Shown one piece after another: positions 47,512 to 57,090 of a DNA stretch of 64,000 nt (position 1 is its first letter; each line of letters opens with the position of its first letter). Position numbers and translations under genes: made by a program. This DNA is from Spirochaetia bacterium (GTDB lineage Bacteria > Spirochaetota > Spirochaetia > SZUA-6 > Bin103). The notes under the pieces were generated by a model. The model was not told the origin of the DNA, did no database searches, and worked only from the letters and a program-made list of their open reading frames with translations. The DNA lies in assembly GCA_965203905.1 (NCBI GenBank), contig CBDBDQ010000005.1, positions 1,376,001 to 1,440,000 of the forward strand, in the 5' to 3' direction.

Positions 47512-48513
47512 ATGGGACAGCTCATTCTGCGCCGCACCCTGTACATGATCGTGTCGCTGTGGGCGATCTCGATCGTGGCGTTCGTGGTGATCCAGCTCCC
47601 GCCGGGCGACTTCGTCGACACCATGATCCTCAGGATCGTGCAGGAAACCGGCGAGGAGATGGAGGAGGAGGAGGTCCTCAACCTCAAGCGGCTGTACGGG
47701 CTGGACAAGCCGATGGTGCCGCGCTACTTCGCCTGGATCGGCAAGATCGTGCTGCGCGGCGACTTCGGGCGCTCGTTCGCGTTCAACAAGCCGACCGCGG
47801 AGCTGCTTGCCGAGCGCGTTCCGCTGACCATGCTGATCTCGTTCCTGACCCTGCTGATCACCTACGTCATCGCGGTGCCGATCGGCATCTACTCCGCCAC
47901 CCACCAGTACTCGTGGGCCGATCACGTCTTCAGTGGGGTCGGATTCATGGGGCTGGCGACCCCCAACTTCGCGCTGGCGCTGGTGCTGATGTGGCTCGGC
48001 TTCCGCTACTTCGACATCTCCATCGGCGGGCTGTTCTCGACCGAGTACCGACTGGCGCCGTGGTCCTGGGCCAAGCTGTGGGACGCCATCAAGCACCTGC
48101 CGGTGCCGCTGCTGGTGATCGGGACCGCCGGCACCGCCGGGCTGATCCGGGTGATGCGCGGCACGCTGCTGGACGAGTTGGGCAAGCAGTACGTCATAAC
48201 GGCGCGCGCCAAGGGGGTGGACGAGCGGCGGCTGCTGTTCCGCTACCCGGTGCGCATCGCCATCAACCCGCTCATCAGCACGGTGGGCTGGCTGCTGCCG
48301 GCGATCGTGTCGGGCGAGGCGATCACCGCCATCGTGCTCAACCTGCCCACCACCGGGCCGATGTTGCTGCGCGCGCTGTTGTTCCAGGACACCTTCCTGG
48401 CCGGCAGCACCGTGCTGTTCCTGGGCGCCCTCACCGTGTTCGGCACCTTTCTCTCCGACCTGGCGCTGGTGTGGGTGGATCCGCGCATCCGCTTCGAGCG
48501 GGCGGCGGCATGA
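47512..48513 (+). CDS. ABC permease, OppB/DppB-like
   Basis: QLPPGD, GDFGRS, YVITARAKG and VDPRIR. Confidence 0.92.
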   Translation: MGQLILRRTLYMIVSLWAISIVAFVVIQLPPGDFVDTMILRIVQETGEEMEEEEVLNLKRLYGLDKPMVPRYFAWIGKIVLRGDFGRSFAFNKPTAELLAERVPLTMLISFLTLLITYVIAVPIGIYSATHQYSWADHVFSGVGFMGLATPNFALALVLMWLGFRYFDISIGGLFSTEYRLAPWSWAKLWDAIKHLPVPLLVIGTAGTAGLIRVMRGTLLDELGKQYVITARAKGVDERRLLFRYPVRIAINPLISTVGWLLPAIVSGEAITAIVLNLPTTGPMLLRALLFQDTFLAGSTVLFLGALTVFGTFLSDLALVWVDPRIRFERAAA

Positions 48514-49709
48514 GCAGGCGCGGTCGCGCCGCAACGCCGCCGGCCTCGGCGACCGGTGGCGCCCACGGGGCCGGCGGCCCGGTATCCGGCGCCGTCCCCA
48601 CCGCCATCGCAGCCCGCGAGAGCGCAGCCGACGAGCGCTACTACGTCGCCTCGCAGTGGCAGTTGATGTGGCGCAAGTTCCGCCGCCACCGCATGGCCCT
48701 GGTGGGCGGCGGGGTGCTGCTGTTCCTGTACCTCACCACCGGCGTGGCGGGCTTTCTGAGCCCGTACGAGAAGGCCTCCCGCGATGCCGACTACCTGCTC
48801 GCGCCGCCGCAGCGGGTGCGCCTGTTCCACGACGGCCGGCTGCTCGGACCATTCGTCTACTCGCTGGAGCGCACCCGCGACCCGGAGACCCTGCAGCGCA
48901 TCTACACCGAGAACACCGGCGACCCGCACCGCATCCGCTTGTTCGTGCGCACCGACCGCTACAAGTTCCTGGGCTTCATCCGCACCGACCTGCACCTGTT
49001 CGGGGTGCTGCCCCCGGCCACCCTGTACCTGTTCGGCACCGACGAGCTGGGCCGCGACATGTTCTCGCGCGTGCTCTACGCCGGGCGGGTGTCGCTGTCG
49101 GTGGGGCTGCTCGGGGTCGCCATCAGCTTCCTGCTGGGGGTGGTGATCGGCGGCGTCTCCGGCTACGTGGGCGGTGCGGTGGACACCGTGATCCAGCGCA
49201 TCATCGAGTTCCTGATCAGCATTCCCACCCTGCCGCTGTGGATGGGCCTGACCGCGGCGCTGCCGCCCCAGTGGCCGGCGCTGCGGGTGTACTTCGGCAT
49301 CACCATCATCCTGTCGATCCTGGGCTGGACCGGCCTGGCGCGGGTGGTGCGCGGCAAGCTGCTGGAGCTGCGCAGCGGCGACTTCGTGGTCGCGGCGCTG
49401 GTCAGCGGCGCCACCGGCGGCGCCGTGATCCGCCGCCACCTGCTGCCGTCGTTCCTGAGCTACCTGATCGTGCACCTCACCCTGGCGGTGCCCAACATGA
49501 TCCTGGGCGAGACCGCGCTCAGCTTCATCGGCCTCGGCCTCAAGGCGCCGGTGGTGAGCTGGGGCGTGCTCCTCACCAGCGCCCAGAACTTCCGCACCGT
49601 CGCCTTGAGCCCCTGGCTGCTGATCCCGGTGCTGTTCGTGGTCGTCACCGTGATGACCTTCATGTTCCTCGGCGACGGCCTCCGCGACGCCGCCGACCCC
49701 TACAAGTAA
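48510..49709 (+). CDS. ABC permease, OppC/DppC-like
   Basis: ATGA overlap; GTDELGRDMFSR, ETALSF.GLG and GDGLRDAADP. Confidence 0.92.
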   Translation: MSRRGRAATPPASATGGAHGAGGPVSGAVPTAIAARESAADERYYVASQWQLMWRKFRRHRMALVGGGVLLFLYLTTGVAGFLSPYEKASRDADYLLAPPQRVRLFHDGRLLGPFVYSLERTRDPETLQRIYTENTGDPHRIRLFVRTDRYKFLGFIRTDLHLFGVLPPATLYLFGTDELGRDMFSRVLYAGRVSLSVGLLGVAISFLLGVVIGGVSGYVGGAVDTVIQRIIEFLISIPTLPLWMGLTAALPPQWPALRVYFGITIILSILGWTGLARVVRGKLLELRSGDFVVAALVSGATGGAVIRRHLLPSFLSYLIVHLTLAVPNMILGETALSFIGLGLKAPVVSWGVLLTSAQNFRTVALSPWLLIPVLFVVVTVMTFMFLGDGLRDAADPYK

Positions 49710-49751
49710 CAAACCTGTTCCCGATGAAATTCACCAGAGGAGAGGACATTC

Positions 49752-50316
49752 ATGAGAATTGCAAACGTGGCGCCATCGGGACCTGGGGCGATCAAAGTTG
49801 CTCTTCTGCGGACTGCCAGGTGATAAGGAGAAGAAGTCAGACTTCCTCACCGTGGACATCGGCGGTCTCTGGGTCTCTTCGGTCTATGTCCCATACAACC
49901 CGAAAGGAAGGATCACATGGATAGACCGCTTGCGGGCGCACGTCCACAGCGAGGGTTACCAGTGCGTGGACAGTGTGCTGTGCGGCGACTTCAACGTCAA
50001 ATTCGCGGCCGATGGCCCACGTGGGTCGGGCTACACGCAAGCACACGAACATGCACTGAAGGAGCTGATGAACCGGGGCTTTTGCGATCTGTACCGCACC
50101 GCGCATCCCAACCCCAGGAAGTGTCCGGGTCACACTTGTAACTTCAGCGAGGAATGTCCCAGGCGCGGTTCCCGACTCCACTTGGCTCTCGGCAGCAAGA
50201 GCTTAGCGAAGCGTCCGCTGTGTGCATGGCTGGACGTTGACTCAAGGCCCCGGAACGACGCTCCGCCCCTCGTCATCGAGTTGGACCGGCGTCAGCCTGT
50301 GAGAGGACACGGGTAG
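49752..50316 (+). pseudogene. Degraded exonuclease III-like EEP nuclease
   Basis: MRIA start out of frame with SVYVP, LCGDFNV, DLYR and RL..ALGS; N-terminal region deleted; canonical SDH replaced by NDA. Confidence 0.65.
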
Positions 50317-50429
50317 ACGTCGGGGCACGCGCCCAGTCGGCTGTGTCGGGCGTACGGTTACTCTTGCGCCAACTAGGTTAGATCGCTCCACCACGAGGTG
50401 AGCTCGTGCGTCCTGCTCACGAACCGGCT

Positions 50430-50545
50430 AGAACTTCCGCCACCGTGGACTTGAACCGCTGGCTGCTGATCCCGGTGTCGTGGTAGCCACGGTGATGACG
50501 GCCATGTTCCTCGGCGCGGCCTGCGCGGTGCCGCCGACCCCTACA
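50430..50545 (+). pseudogene. Decayed copy of the 3' end of the oppC-like gene
   Basis: Matches about 49585-49705 (AGAACTTCCGC...TGGCTGCTGATCCCGGTG...GCCGCCGACCCCTACA) with indels. Confidence 0.8.
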
Positions 50546-50668
50546 CGCAGCCCGCCGGTCTCAAACAACGGAGTCGGGGTTGATGCGACGTGAAGCTATT
50601 ACCATGATATGGGGACGAGTCCAAATTGGCGTGCGCTTTGGATGGCGCGCAATGGAGGAGATGATGAA

Positions 50669-51775
50669 GTGGAGACCGTCGTAGACCAGACCGATCCGCC
50701 CATCGAGGAACCGGAAGGTCTGGATGACGGTGGTGGATCGTGGGGTGATTACCCGCTCGACGATGTCCTCATCCGCCACGAAAACCGCACGATTCACGAC
50801 GTCATTCGGCGTATCGAGCAGGGGGGATACGTCATGGATCCCGAGTTCCAGCGCGATTTCATCTGGGATGAGGACAAACAGAGCAAACTGATCGAATCGG
50901 TAATCATGCGCATCCCGCTGCCGGTGTTCTACCTGGCCGAAGACGACGAGGGTCGGATGGTGATCGTGGACGGGCTGCAGCGTCTATCCACGTTCCGGCG
51001 TTTCGTAAAAAACGACCTGCAACTCCGGCTTCCCGACCGTAACGAACTCGACGGCATGCCGTTTCGAGATCTGTCGTCGAAACTGCAGAATCGGGTCGAA
51101 GACTGCAATCTCATTTTCTACATCATCGACTCGAAGGTTCCGGAGCGAGCGCGGCTGGACATCTTCGAGCGCGTCAACAGTGGAGAGCCGCTTACCCGGC
51201 AGCAGATGCGCAACAGCCTGTTCATGGGCAAGGGGACGCGGTTCCTTAAAGCGGAGTCGCGGACCGACGTATTTCTTGACGCGACGGGACGCAGCCTGAA
51301 CGTGAAGAAGATGCGAGACAGGGAGTTCGTAAATCGCTTTTGCGCGTTTCAGCTCCTCTCGCTCGATGAGTATCACGGAGACATGGACGACCATCTTGCC
51401 GAGTGCCTGCGCAGGATGAATCGGATGACCGAGGATGAGCTGTCGCGGCTGGCGGTTCAGTTCCGCAGAAGCCTTGCCAGCAACTACGAGTTGTTCGGGC
51501 GCCACGCATTCAGGAAGCATGGCCCGGATCAGGGACGCCGCAGCGTTCTCAATGCATCCTTCTGGGACGTGATGTCCACCGGGCTGTCCCGCTATGCGCC
51601 GGATCGAGTGGCGGCACGGGCGGAGTTTCTGCGTACGGCAGTGCACCGGCTGCTGCAGGACGAAGCGTTCAATACCGCGATCACCTACGGTCCGAATGAC
51701 TCGCGCAAGGTACGGCAGCGGTTCCATTTGTCCGGGAAGATGCTTGACGAGGTGTTCGGTGCTGGAACGGATTGA
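50669..51775 (+). CDS. DUF262 (ParB-like) protein, Menshen NsnA-like
   Basis: PEFQRDFIW, SKLIES, IVDGLQRL and IFERVNSG.PL. Confidence 0.85.
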   Translation: METVVDQTDPPIEEPEGLDDGGGSWGDYPLDDVLIRHENRTIHDVIRRIEQGGYVMDPEFQRDFIWDEDKQSKLIESVIMRIPLPVFYLAEDDEGRMVIVDGLQRLSTFRRFVKNDLQLRLPDRNELDGMPFRDLSSKLQNRVEDCNLIFYIIDSKVPERARLDIFERVNSGEPLTRQQMRNSLFMGKGTRFLKAESRTDVFLDATGRSLNVKKMRDREFVNRFCAFQLLSLDEYHGDMDDHLAECLRRMNRMTEDELSRLAVQFRRSLASNYELFGRHAFRKHGPDQGRRSVLNASFWDVMSTGLSRYAPDRVAARAEFLRTAVHRLLQDEAFNTAITYGPNDSRKVRQRFHLSGKMLDEVFGAGTD

Positions 51776-52928
51776 TCTGCGCCATTTCAAGTGCTTCGAG
51801 CTGCTGAAGCTGCCGCTGCGGCCGTTGACCCTGCTCTCCGGCGTGAACGCATCCGGGAAGTCGTCCGTGCTCCAGGCGCTGGTGCTCCTGCACCAGACGA
51901 TGCGAGAGCACGAGTGGTCGTCTCGCCTGATGCTCAACGGTTCGACCATCCGCCTCGGCACCGTCGCCGACGTTATCGATCAGGTGCACGGCCAGCGCAC
52001 CTGCTGGATTGGCCTTGTGGATGACGCAGCGGAGCACGGATGGGAACTCACCGGCGACCGCGCCGAGATGTCCCTGAGCGTCGCGCGCGTCCGTGCCGGT
52101 GACGTCGAGGAAGATCGGCCTGGTGTGCTTCGTCGCCTGCTGCCGTCCGCGTTCCACACCGATCTGAGCGAAACTGGCGTGACGTGGGCATCATCGCTAA
52201 CGGGCCGCCTGACAGGTCTCACTTATCTGACCGCTGAGCGGCTGGGGCCGCGGGAGACCTATCCACTGCGAGATCCGCAGCACGCTTCGATTGTTGGCCC
52301 GCGTGGGGAACATGCCGTCAGCATGCTCTATTGGCGTAGCGACTCGCGGGTTGCCGACGGGCTGGCGATCGCGGGCGTCCCCCCAACGCTGCAGCGGCAG
52401 ATCGAAGCTCGCATGGGCGTCTTCTTTCCCGGATGTGAATTGACGGTGCAGAAGGTCCCGCAGACCGACGCGGTAACGCTGGGGCTGCGCACCTCGCGGA
52501 GCGTCGACTTCCAGCGCCCGATTCACGCCGGTTTCGGGTTGACCCAGGTACTCCCCATAGTGGTTGCGGCGCTTTCGGCGCAGCGCGACGATCTCCTGCT
52601 GATCGAGAATCCCGAGGTCCATCTGCACCCCGCCGGGCAGGCCACGATGGGCGAGTTCCTGGCAGTAGTCGCCGCGGCCGATGTGCAGATCTTGATCGAA
52701 ACCCACAGCGATCACGTGTTGAACGGCATCAGAAGGGCGGTCAAGAAGCGGATGCTGCCGCCTGAGGACGCGGCCCTTCATTTCTTCCAACCGCGGCGTG
52801 AGCAGCAGGACGCCGTTCCGCAGGTGCAGAGCCCGCGGCTTGATGCGAACGGCGGCATCGACTCGTGGCCGGACGGATTCTTCGATCAGTTCGACAAGGA
52901 CATGAACTACTTCGCCGATTGGAGTTGA
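51759..52928 (+). CDS. AAA_21-type ATPase with C-terminal DUF3696, Menshen NsnB-like
   Basis: GVNASGKSS, GFGLTQVLP, IENPEVHLHP.GQ, IETHSDH and WPDGFFDQ. Confidence 0.88.
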   Translation: MLERIDLRHFKCFELLKLPLRPLTLLSGVNASGKSSVLQALVLLHQTMREHEWSSRLMLNGSTIRLGTVADVIDQVHGQRTCWIGLVDDAAEHGWELTGDRAEMSLSVARVRAGDVEEDRPGVLRRLLPSAFHTDLSETGVTWASSLTGRLTGLTYLTAERLGPRETYPLRDPQHASIVGPRGEHAVSMLYWRSDSRVADGLAIAGVPPTLQRQIEARMGVFFPGCELTVQKVPQTDAVTLGLRTSRSVDFQRPIHAGFGLTQVLPIVVAALSAQRDDLLLIENPEVHLHPAGQATMGEFLAVVAAADVQILIETHSDHVLNGIRRAVKKRMLPPEDAALHFFQPRREQQDAVPQVQSPRLDANGGIDSWPDGFFDQFDKDMNYFADWS

Positions 52929-52929
52929 C

Positions 52930-53877
52930 GTGGAACTCCTCGCCAACGAACTGTCCGTCCACGGACAGTTCCAGACACTGGGAGAGTTCCGGGCTGCGCT
53001 GGCGCGGTTGATGAAGATGCGCGCGACCGCTCTGCGCTTTGGCCGGGAGGTGTATTGCACTCGCGCATTCCTTCAGGCTCGCGCCGTGCGGAACCACCCG
53101 ATGATCCGATCGCTGCAGCAGCTCGCCGTCGACGACCGGCGGGTTGTGATGCACTGGTTGACCCGTGGTGGCCCGTTCTGGGACGACCTGCGCCAGCATG
53201 GTGGCAGCGACTGGCTGGAGTGCCGATGTGAACCTGTGACCGACTCAGCGGTGGGCGAAGCGGCGTACCGGGCGCTGCACGGGTTCGCCTCCGGCTTGGT
53301 CAGCGCCACGCCGTCTGACTGGGACTTCTCCCCGGTAGATGTGACGTGGTGGCAGGGCGTGGGAGTGCCAGACCAACGCGTGGCTCTCGACAACTTCCGC
53401 GACGAGGTGGCCCTGGAGCAGACCCTTCGTGCGGTCGCGTCGCCGATCAGGTCGTGGGATGAATTGCGCAGTAGCGTATCGACGCGGCAGTTTGAGCACT
53501 TGGCCTTCGCCGGCGATTGCTTCGGGTACCTTGATGGGGTGCCGTTCGCCCGAGGTGCGGCCGAACGATTTCTGGTACTGCTCGACATCCTGAATCGGCT
53601 CGCCGGCGCCGGCATCGGTTCTCCGGCCGGGAAGCAGATTCTCAGCAGGCATTTCATGGGACCGCGGCCGCTGTTCTCCGACTCCTCCGACAGCGAGAAA
53701 CGGGAATTTCGCACCAAGTTGACATTCCCGCATCCGGATGGGAGTGGAGCGTCGTTGTTCTGCACCTGGCACGGAAAGGTATCCCATCAGACGCTCCGGC
53801 TGCACTACTGGTGGTCCGGTAGCGCGGATAACCCAGTCTACGTCGTCTATGCCGGTCCCAAGATTACCAAGCGATGA
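52930..53877 (+). CDS. Third gene of the DUF262-ATPase operon, putative Menshen NsnC-like effector
   Basis: 1 bp after the ATPase stop; C-terminal WHGK...RLHY.W...VYVVYAGPK suggests a RelE-like fold (inference). Confidence 0.7.
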   Translation: MELLANELSVHGQFQTLGEFRAALARLMKMRATALRFGREVYCTRAFLQARAVRNHPMIRSLQQLAVDDRRVVMHWLTRGGPFWDDLRQHGGSDWLECRCEPVTDSAVGEAAYRALHGFASGLVSATPSDWDFSPVDVTWWQGVGVPDQRVALDNFRDEVALEQTLRAVASPIRSWDELRSSVSTRQFEHLAFAGDCFGYLDGVPFARGAAERFLVLLDILNRLAGAGIGSPAGKQILSRHFMGPRPLFSDSSDSEKREFRTKLTFPHPDGSGASLFCTWHGKVSHQTLRLHYWWSGSADNPVYVVYAGPKITKR

Positions 53878-53892
53878 GGGAGAATGGCGCTG

Positions 53893-54084
53893 CTATGCTC
53901 GTCGAAATCGACCAGGAGCGCCTACAGTGCAAATGAGTAGGTACGCGATTCTCCGACGAGCCTTGTCTTCCAGCGGCCTCGGATCATAGATCGCTCCACC
54001 ACGAGGGACCGGAACGTCATGGATCTCCTGCTCCGATGACCGCTCCGCTTCCGCCACTTCGGTGGCTCGCGCTCGTTCGCTCAT
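53893..54084 (-). pseudogene. Short, probably truncated hypothetical membrane protein
   Basis: 63-aa ORF 9 bp downstream of the RHH gene, ending just after a hydrophobic stretch begins (RRRIAYLLI). Confidence 0.4.
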
Positions 54085-54093
54085 GGAGACCGA

Positions 54094-54318
54094 CTACTGT
54101 CGGATCATTTCTCTGAGCGGCTGACCCGGTGCGCCAAAGAAAATCTTGCGCTTCTTCCTTTGCTGATCCACGATGAATTTCTCCAGGATGATCGAGCGCC
54201 GCAGCACGTCATTGAAGGAGACTCCATCGATGCCGGCCTGGGTCTTCAGGAACTCCACTTCTTCCGACGTCAGGTGGACGGTGACTTGTTGCACGGTGCT
54301 CTTCCTGGTGCCCGCCAT
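54094..54318 (-). CDS. Ribbon-helix-helix (CopG-like) protein
   Basis: VTVHL.SEEVEFLK..A...GVSFNDVLRRSI; AAGGAG RBS. Confidence 0.7.
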   Translation of the reverse strand: MAGTRKSTVQQVTVHLTSEEVEFLKTQAGIDGVSFNDVLRRSIILEKFIVDQQRKKRKIFFGAPGQPLREMIRQ

Positions 54319-54451
54319 GGCATTCTCTCCTTCGCGCGCTTTCGCAGCAATGGCCCGGTAGCTCAATCCGGGGACTACATAGCATATCAGCCCACCGCCC
54401 CGCACGCCCCCCTCGTCGTCGACGAGTCGACGAGCATCGACAAGTTGCACC

Positions 54452-54670
54452 GCGGCATGAGCAGCGACCCAGGCCCATCCCAGGCGCCGCCCCGGGCCGC
54501 GGCCGCGGAGTCCAGCACGGAGGAACGCTACTACTTCGCCTCGCAGTGGCGACGGCGTGGTGATCGGCGGCGGCGCCGGCTACGTGGGCGGCGCGGTGGA
54601 CACCGTGATCCGCCGGTTGTGTGCTGGGCGTGCTGCTTACCAGCGCCCGGAACTTCCGCAGCGTCGCCCT
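54452..54670 (+). pseudogene. Collapsed remnant of an oppC-like gene (four colinear fragments)
   Basis: Fragments match 48505 (GCGGCATGAGCAG), about 48630 (ERYY.ASQW), about 49140 (VVIGG..GYVGGAVDTVI) and about 49550-49605. Confidence 0.8.
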
Positions 54671-54694
54671 CGGTGAAGCCGTCTGGACGCCTTG

Positions 54695-54710
54695 GTATCA
54701 CGCGTGATAC
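54695..54710. promoter_or_regulatory. Perfect 16-bp palindrome, putative antitoxin operator
   Basis: GTATCACGCGTGATAC overlapping a TACATT -10-like hexamer just upstream of the antitoxin start. Confidence 0.7.
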
Positions 54711-54721
54711 ATTCCCGGACC

Positions 54722-54958
54722 GTGGCGAATGTGACGATCCGAGACCTCAGAAACCATGGCCGCGAGGTGATTGACCGTGTGTTGGGCGGAGAACGGCTCA
54801 CCGTGACCCGCTCGGGCCGGCCGGTGGCGGAGTTGCGTCCCCTCGCGCCGCGCGGGCTCGATGCGGCCACGCTCCTCGAGCGGTGGCAGCGATTGCCGGC
54901 AGTCGATGCGGCGCAGTTCAGACGCGATCTCGACCAAGTCCTGGACCCGGCGCTTTGA
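54722..54958 (+). CDS. Phd/YefM-family antitoxin
   Basis: VTIRDLRN..REVIDRV..GE.LTVTRSGRPVAELRP. Confidence 0.9.
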   Translation: MANVTIRDLRNHGREVIDRVLGGERLTVTRSGRPVAELRPLAPRGLDAATLLERWQRLPAVDAAQFRRDLDQVLDPAL

Positions 54959-55401
54959 GCGAAGGCGAAACCCCGACGCACGGCCTGCTGGACACCAATA
55001 CCGTCATTCTGCTCGCGCGACTGCGGGATCCGCAGCAGCTGCCGCCGGTGCCGGCCATTTCGACAGTCTCGCTGGCCGAACTCTCGGTCGGTCCCCTGGT
55101 GGCCACGACGGAGCGGGAACGGGCAGCGCGGCAAGCACACCTGCAACAGGCGGAGGCGGACTTCGAGCCAATCCCCTTCGGTGCGGTGGCAGCACGCGCG
55201 TTCGGCCAAGTCGCCGCCGATCTGCGGCGCTCGGGGCGCAAGACCTCCATCCGCGCCTATGACGCGCTGATCGCTGCCACCGCGATCGCGAACGGATTGC
55301 CGCTGTACACGGTCAACCCGGACGACTACGCCGGAATCACCGGCCTCACTGTCGTGGCAGTGGCGCACCCAGATGTCGGGCGTCACACGGTCACAGAATA
55401 G
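54955..55401 (+). CDS. vapC: PIN-domain toxin
   Basis: LLDTNTVI, SLAEL, DALIAATA and TVNPDDY; TTGA overlap with the antitoxin. Confidence 0.9.
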   Translation: MSEGETPTHGLLDTNTVILLARLRDPQQLPPVPAISTVSLAELSVGPLVATTERERAARQAHLQQAEADFEPIPFGAVAARAFGQVAADLRRSGRKTSIRAYDALIAATAIANGLPLYTVNPDDYAGITGLTVVAVAHPDVGRHTVTE

Positions 55402-55673
55402 CGCCTTACTTGAACCTCGCCCTCCCGCTCGCGGGCTCGGGCTATGTCGTAAGAGACCTGCATGCGCATGAGCGTGTCCATCTTGACGCCGAACGCCTTC
55501 TCGATGCGCAGCGCCATGATGCTGGACAAGTCGGAGCGGCCGTTGAGAAACGACGACAACGTGGGGCGAGACACCCCGAGCGCCCCAGCGGCAGCGCCGA
55601 CGGTCAGGCCGAGAGGCTCGATCACTTCCGTTCTTACGACCGCACCCGGGTGCGGCGGGTTGAGCATGCGCAT
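55383..55673 (-). CDS. higA: HigA-family addiction module antitoxin
   Basis: NPPHPG...A.ALGVSR.TLS..LNG...MALRIEKAFG...MQ..YD. Confidence 0.9.
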   Translation of the reverse strand: MRMLNPPHPGAVVRTEVIEPLGLTVGAAAGALGVSRPTLSSFLNGRSDLSSIMALRIEKAFGVKMDTLMRMQVSYDIARAREREGEVQVRRYSVTV

Positions 55674-55687
55674 GCACTTATCCCCAA

Positions 55688-55972
55688 TTAGTGGTAGTCC
55701 TCGAGGTTGATGTCGAAGACCTGGTCGCCATCGATGCGGAAGGTTAGCCGCCAATTACGGGTGACATGGAGGCTCCACGTGCCCTTTCGGTCGCCAGTGA
55801 GGCGATGAGCCCGCCAGATGGGTATCGCGTACAACTCCTCCTCCGCATCCATGTCTTGCAGGAATCCCAGCATCTTGCGGAGCTTGTCCACCGCAGACGC
55901 CGGAACCTCCGTGGGATCGTCCTTCAGAAACAGGCGGCGAACGCCCCGGTGGGCGATGCCCTGTACCGTCAC
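55688..55972 (-). CDS. higB: HigB (RelE/ParE superfamily) toxin
   Basis: HRLTGDRKGTWSLHVTRNWRLTF...LEDYH. Confidence 0.9.
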   Translation of the reverse strand: MTVQGIAHRGVRRLFLKDDPTEVPASAVDKLRKMLGFLQDMDAEEELYAIPIWRAHRLTGDRKGTWSLHVTRNWRLTFRIDGDQVFDINLEDYH

Positions 55973-56124
55973 CTGTCAAGTGTAGCATAACACCTTACGG
56001 ACTACCACAGGAGCGCGGCTGGCTTTGTTGACGCCACTGGAGGGGGACCGGATAATGGGCCGTCCGGCGAGCCATCGGCACTCCCTGCGGGCTCAGTCTG
56101 CCGCAACGCCGGAACGCAGCCTCC

Positions 56125-57090
56125 ATGTCTGAGCCACTGGTACAATCGGCTCCCCGCTCCGCCGAGCTGCCCGCCAGCCGCCGCTGGACCTGGCGCAACA
56201 TCAGCCGCAACTGGGAGATGTACCTGATGGTGCTGCTCCCCGTGGCGTGGCTGGTCGTGTTCATGTACCTGCCGATGTACGGCAACGTGATCGCCTTCAA
56301 GCGGTTCGTGCCGGCGCGCGGCATCCTGGGCAGCGACTGGATCGGCTTCGCTCACTTCATCCGCTTCTTCGAGTCGTTCAAGTTCCGCGAGATCATGTGG
56401 AACACCTTCTACCTGAACGCCTACGACCTGGTGTTCGGGTTCCCCATCCCCATCGTCCTGGCGCTGATCCTCCACTACGCCCCCTGGGCGCGCTACCGCA
56501 AGACGGTGCAGATGGTGACCTACGCCCCCCACTTCATCTCCACGGTGGTGATGGTCGGCATCATCATGAAGCTGTTCTCGCAGCGCATCGGCCTGATCAA
56601 CGTCGGCCTGCTGCAGTTCGGCATGCAGGAGGTCAACTTCCTCGGCGACGCCTCCTGGTTCCCCCACGTCTACGTGTGGACCGGCATCTGGCAGAACATG
56701 GGCTGGGGGGCGATCATCTTCCTGGCCGCGCTGGCGGCGGTGGACCCCGAGCTGCACGAGTCGGCCAAGGTGGACGGCGCCACCATCTGGCGCCGCATGT
56801 GGCATATCGACATCCCCGGCATCCTGCCGGTAATCATCATCCTGCTGATCCTGCGCTCCGGCCAGATCCTGAACATCGGCTTCGAGAAGGTGTTCCTGAT
56901 GCAGAACCCGCTCAACATCGGCGCCTCCGAGGTGGTGGACACCTACGTCTACAAGGTGGGCCTGCGGTCGCGCAGCCCCAATTTCTCCTACGCCACCGCC
57001 ATCGGGCTGTTCAAGAATGCGATCGCATTCCTGCTGCTGCTGACGGTGAACCGCATCTCCAAGCGGATGAGCGAGACCAGCCTGTGGTGA
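56125..57090 (+). CDS. Carbohydrate ABC permease, LplB-like
   Basis: YLPMYG..IAFK, YAPHFISTVV, ESAKVDGA and DTYVY.VGL. Confidence 0.92.
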   Translation: MSEPLVQSAPRSAELPASRRWTWRNISRNWEMYLMVLLPVAWLVVFMYLPMYGNVIAFKRFVPARGILGSDWIGFAHFIRFFESFKFREIMWNTFYLNAYDLVFGFPIPIVLALILHYAPWARYRKTVQMVTYAPHFISTVVMVGIIMKLFSQRIGLINVGLLQFGMQEVNFLGDASWFPHVYVWTGIWQNMGWGAIIFLAALAAVDPELHESAKVDGATIWRRMWHIDIPGILPVIIILLILRSGQILNIGFEKVFLMQNPLNIGASEVVDTYVYKVGLRSRSPNFSYATAIGLFKNAIAFLLLLTVNRISKRMSETSLW

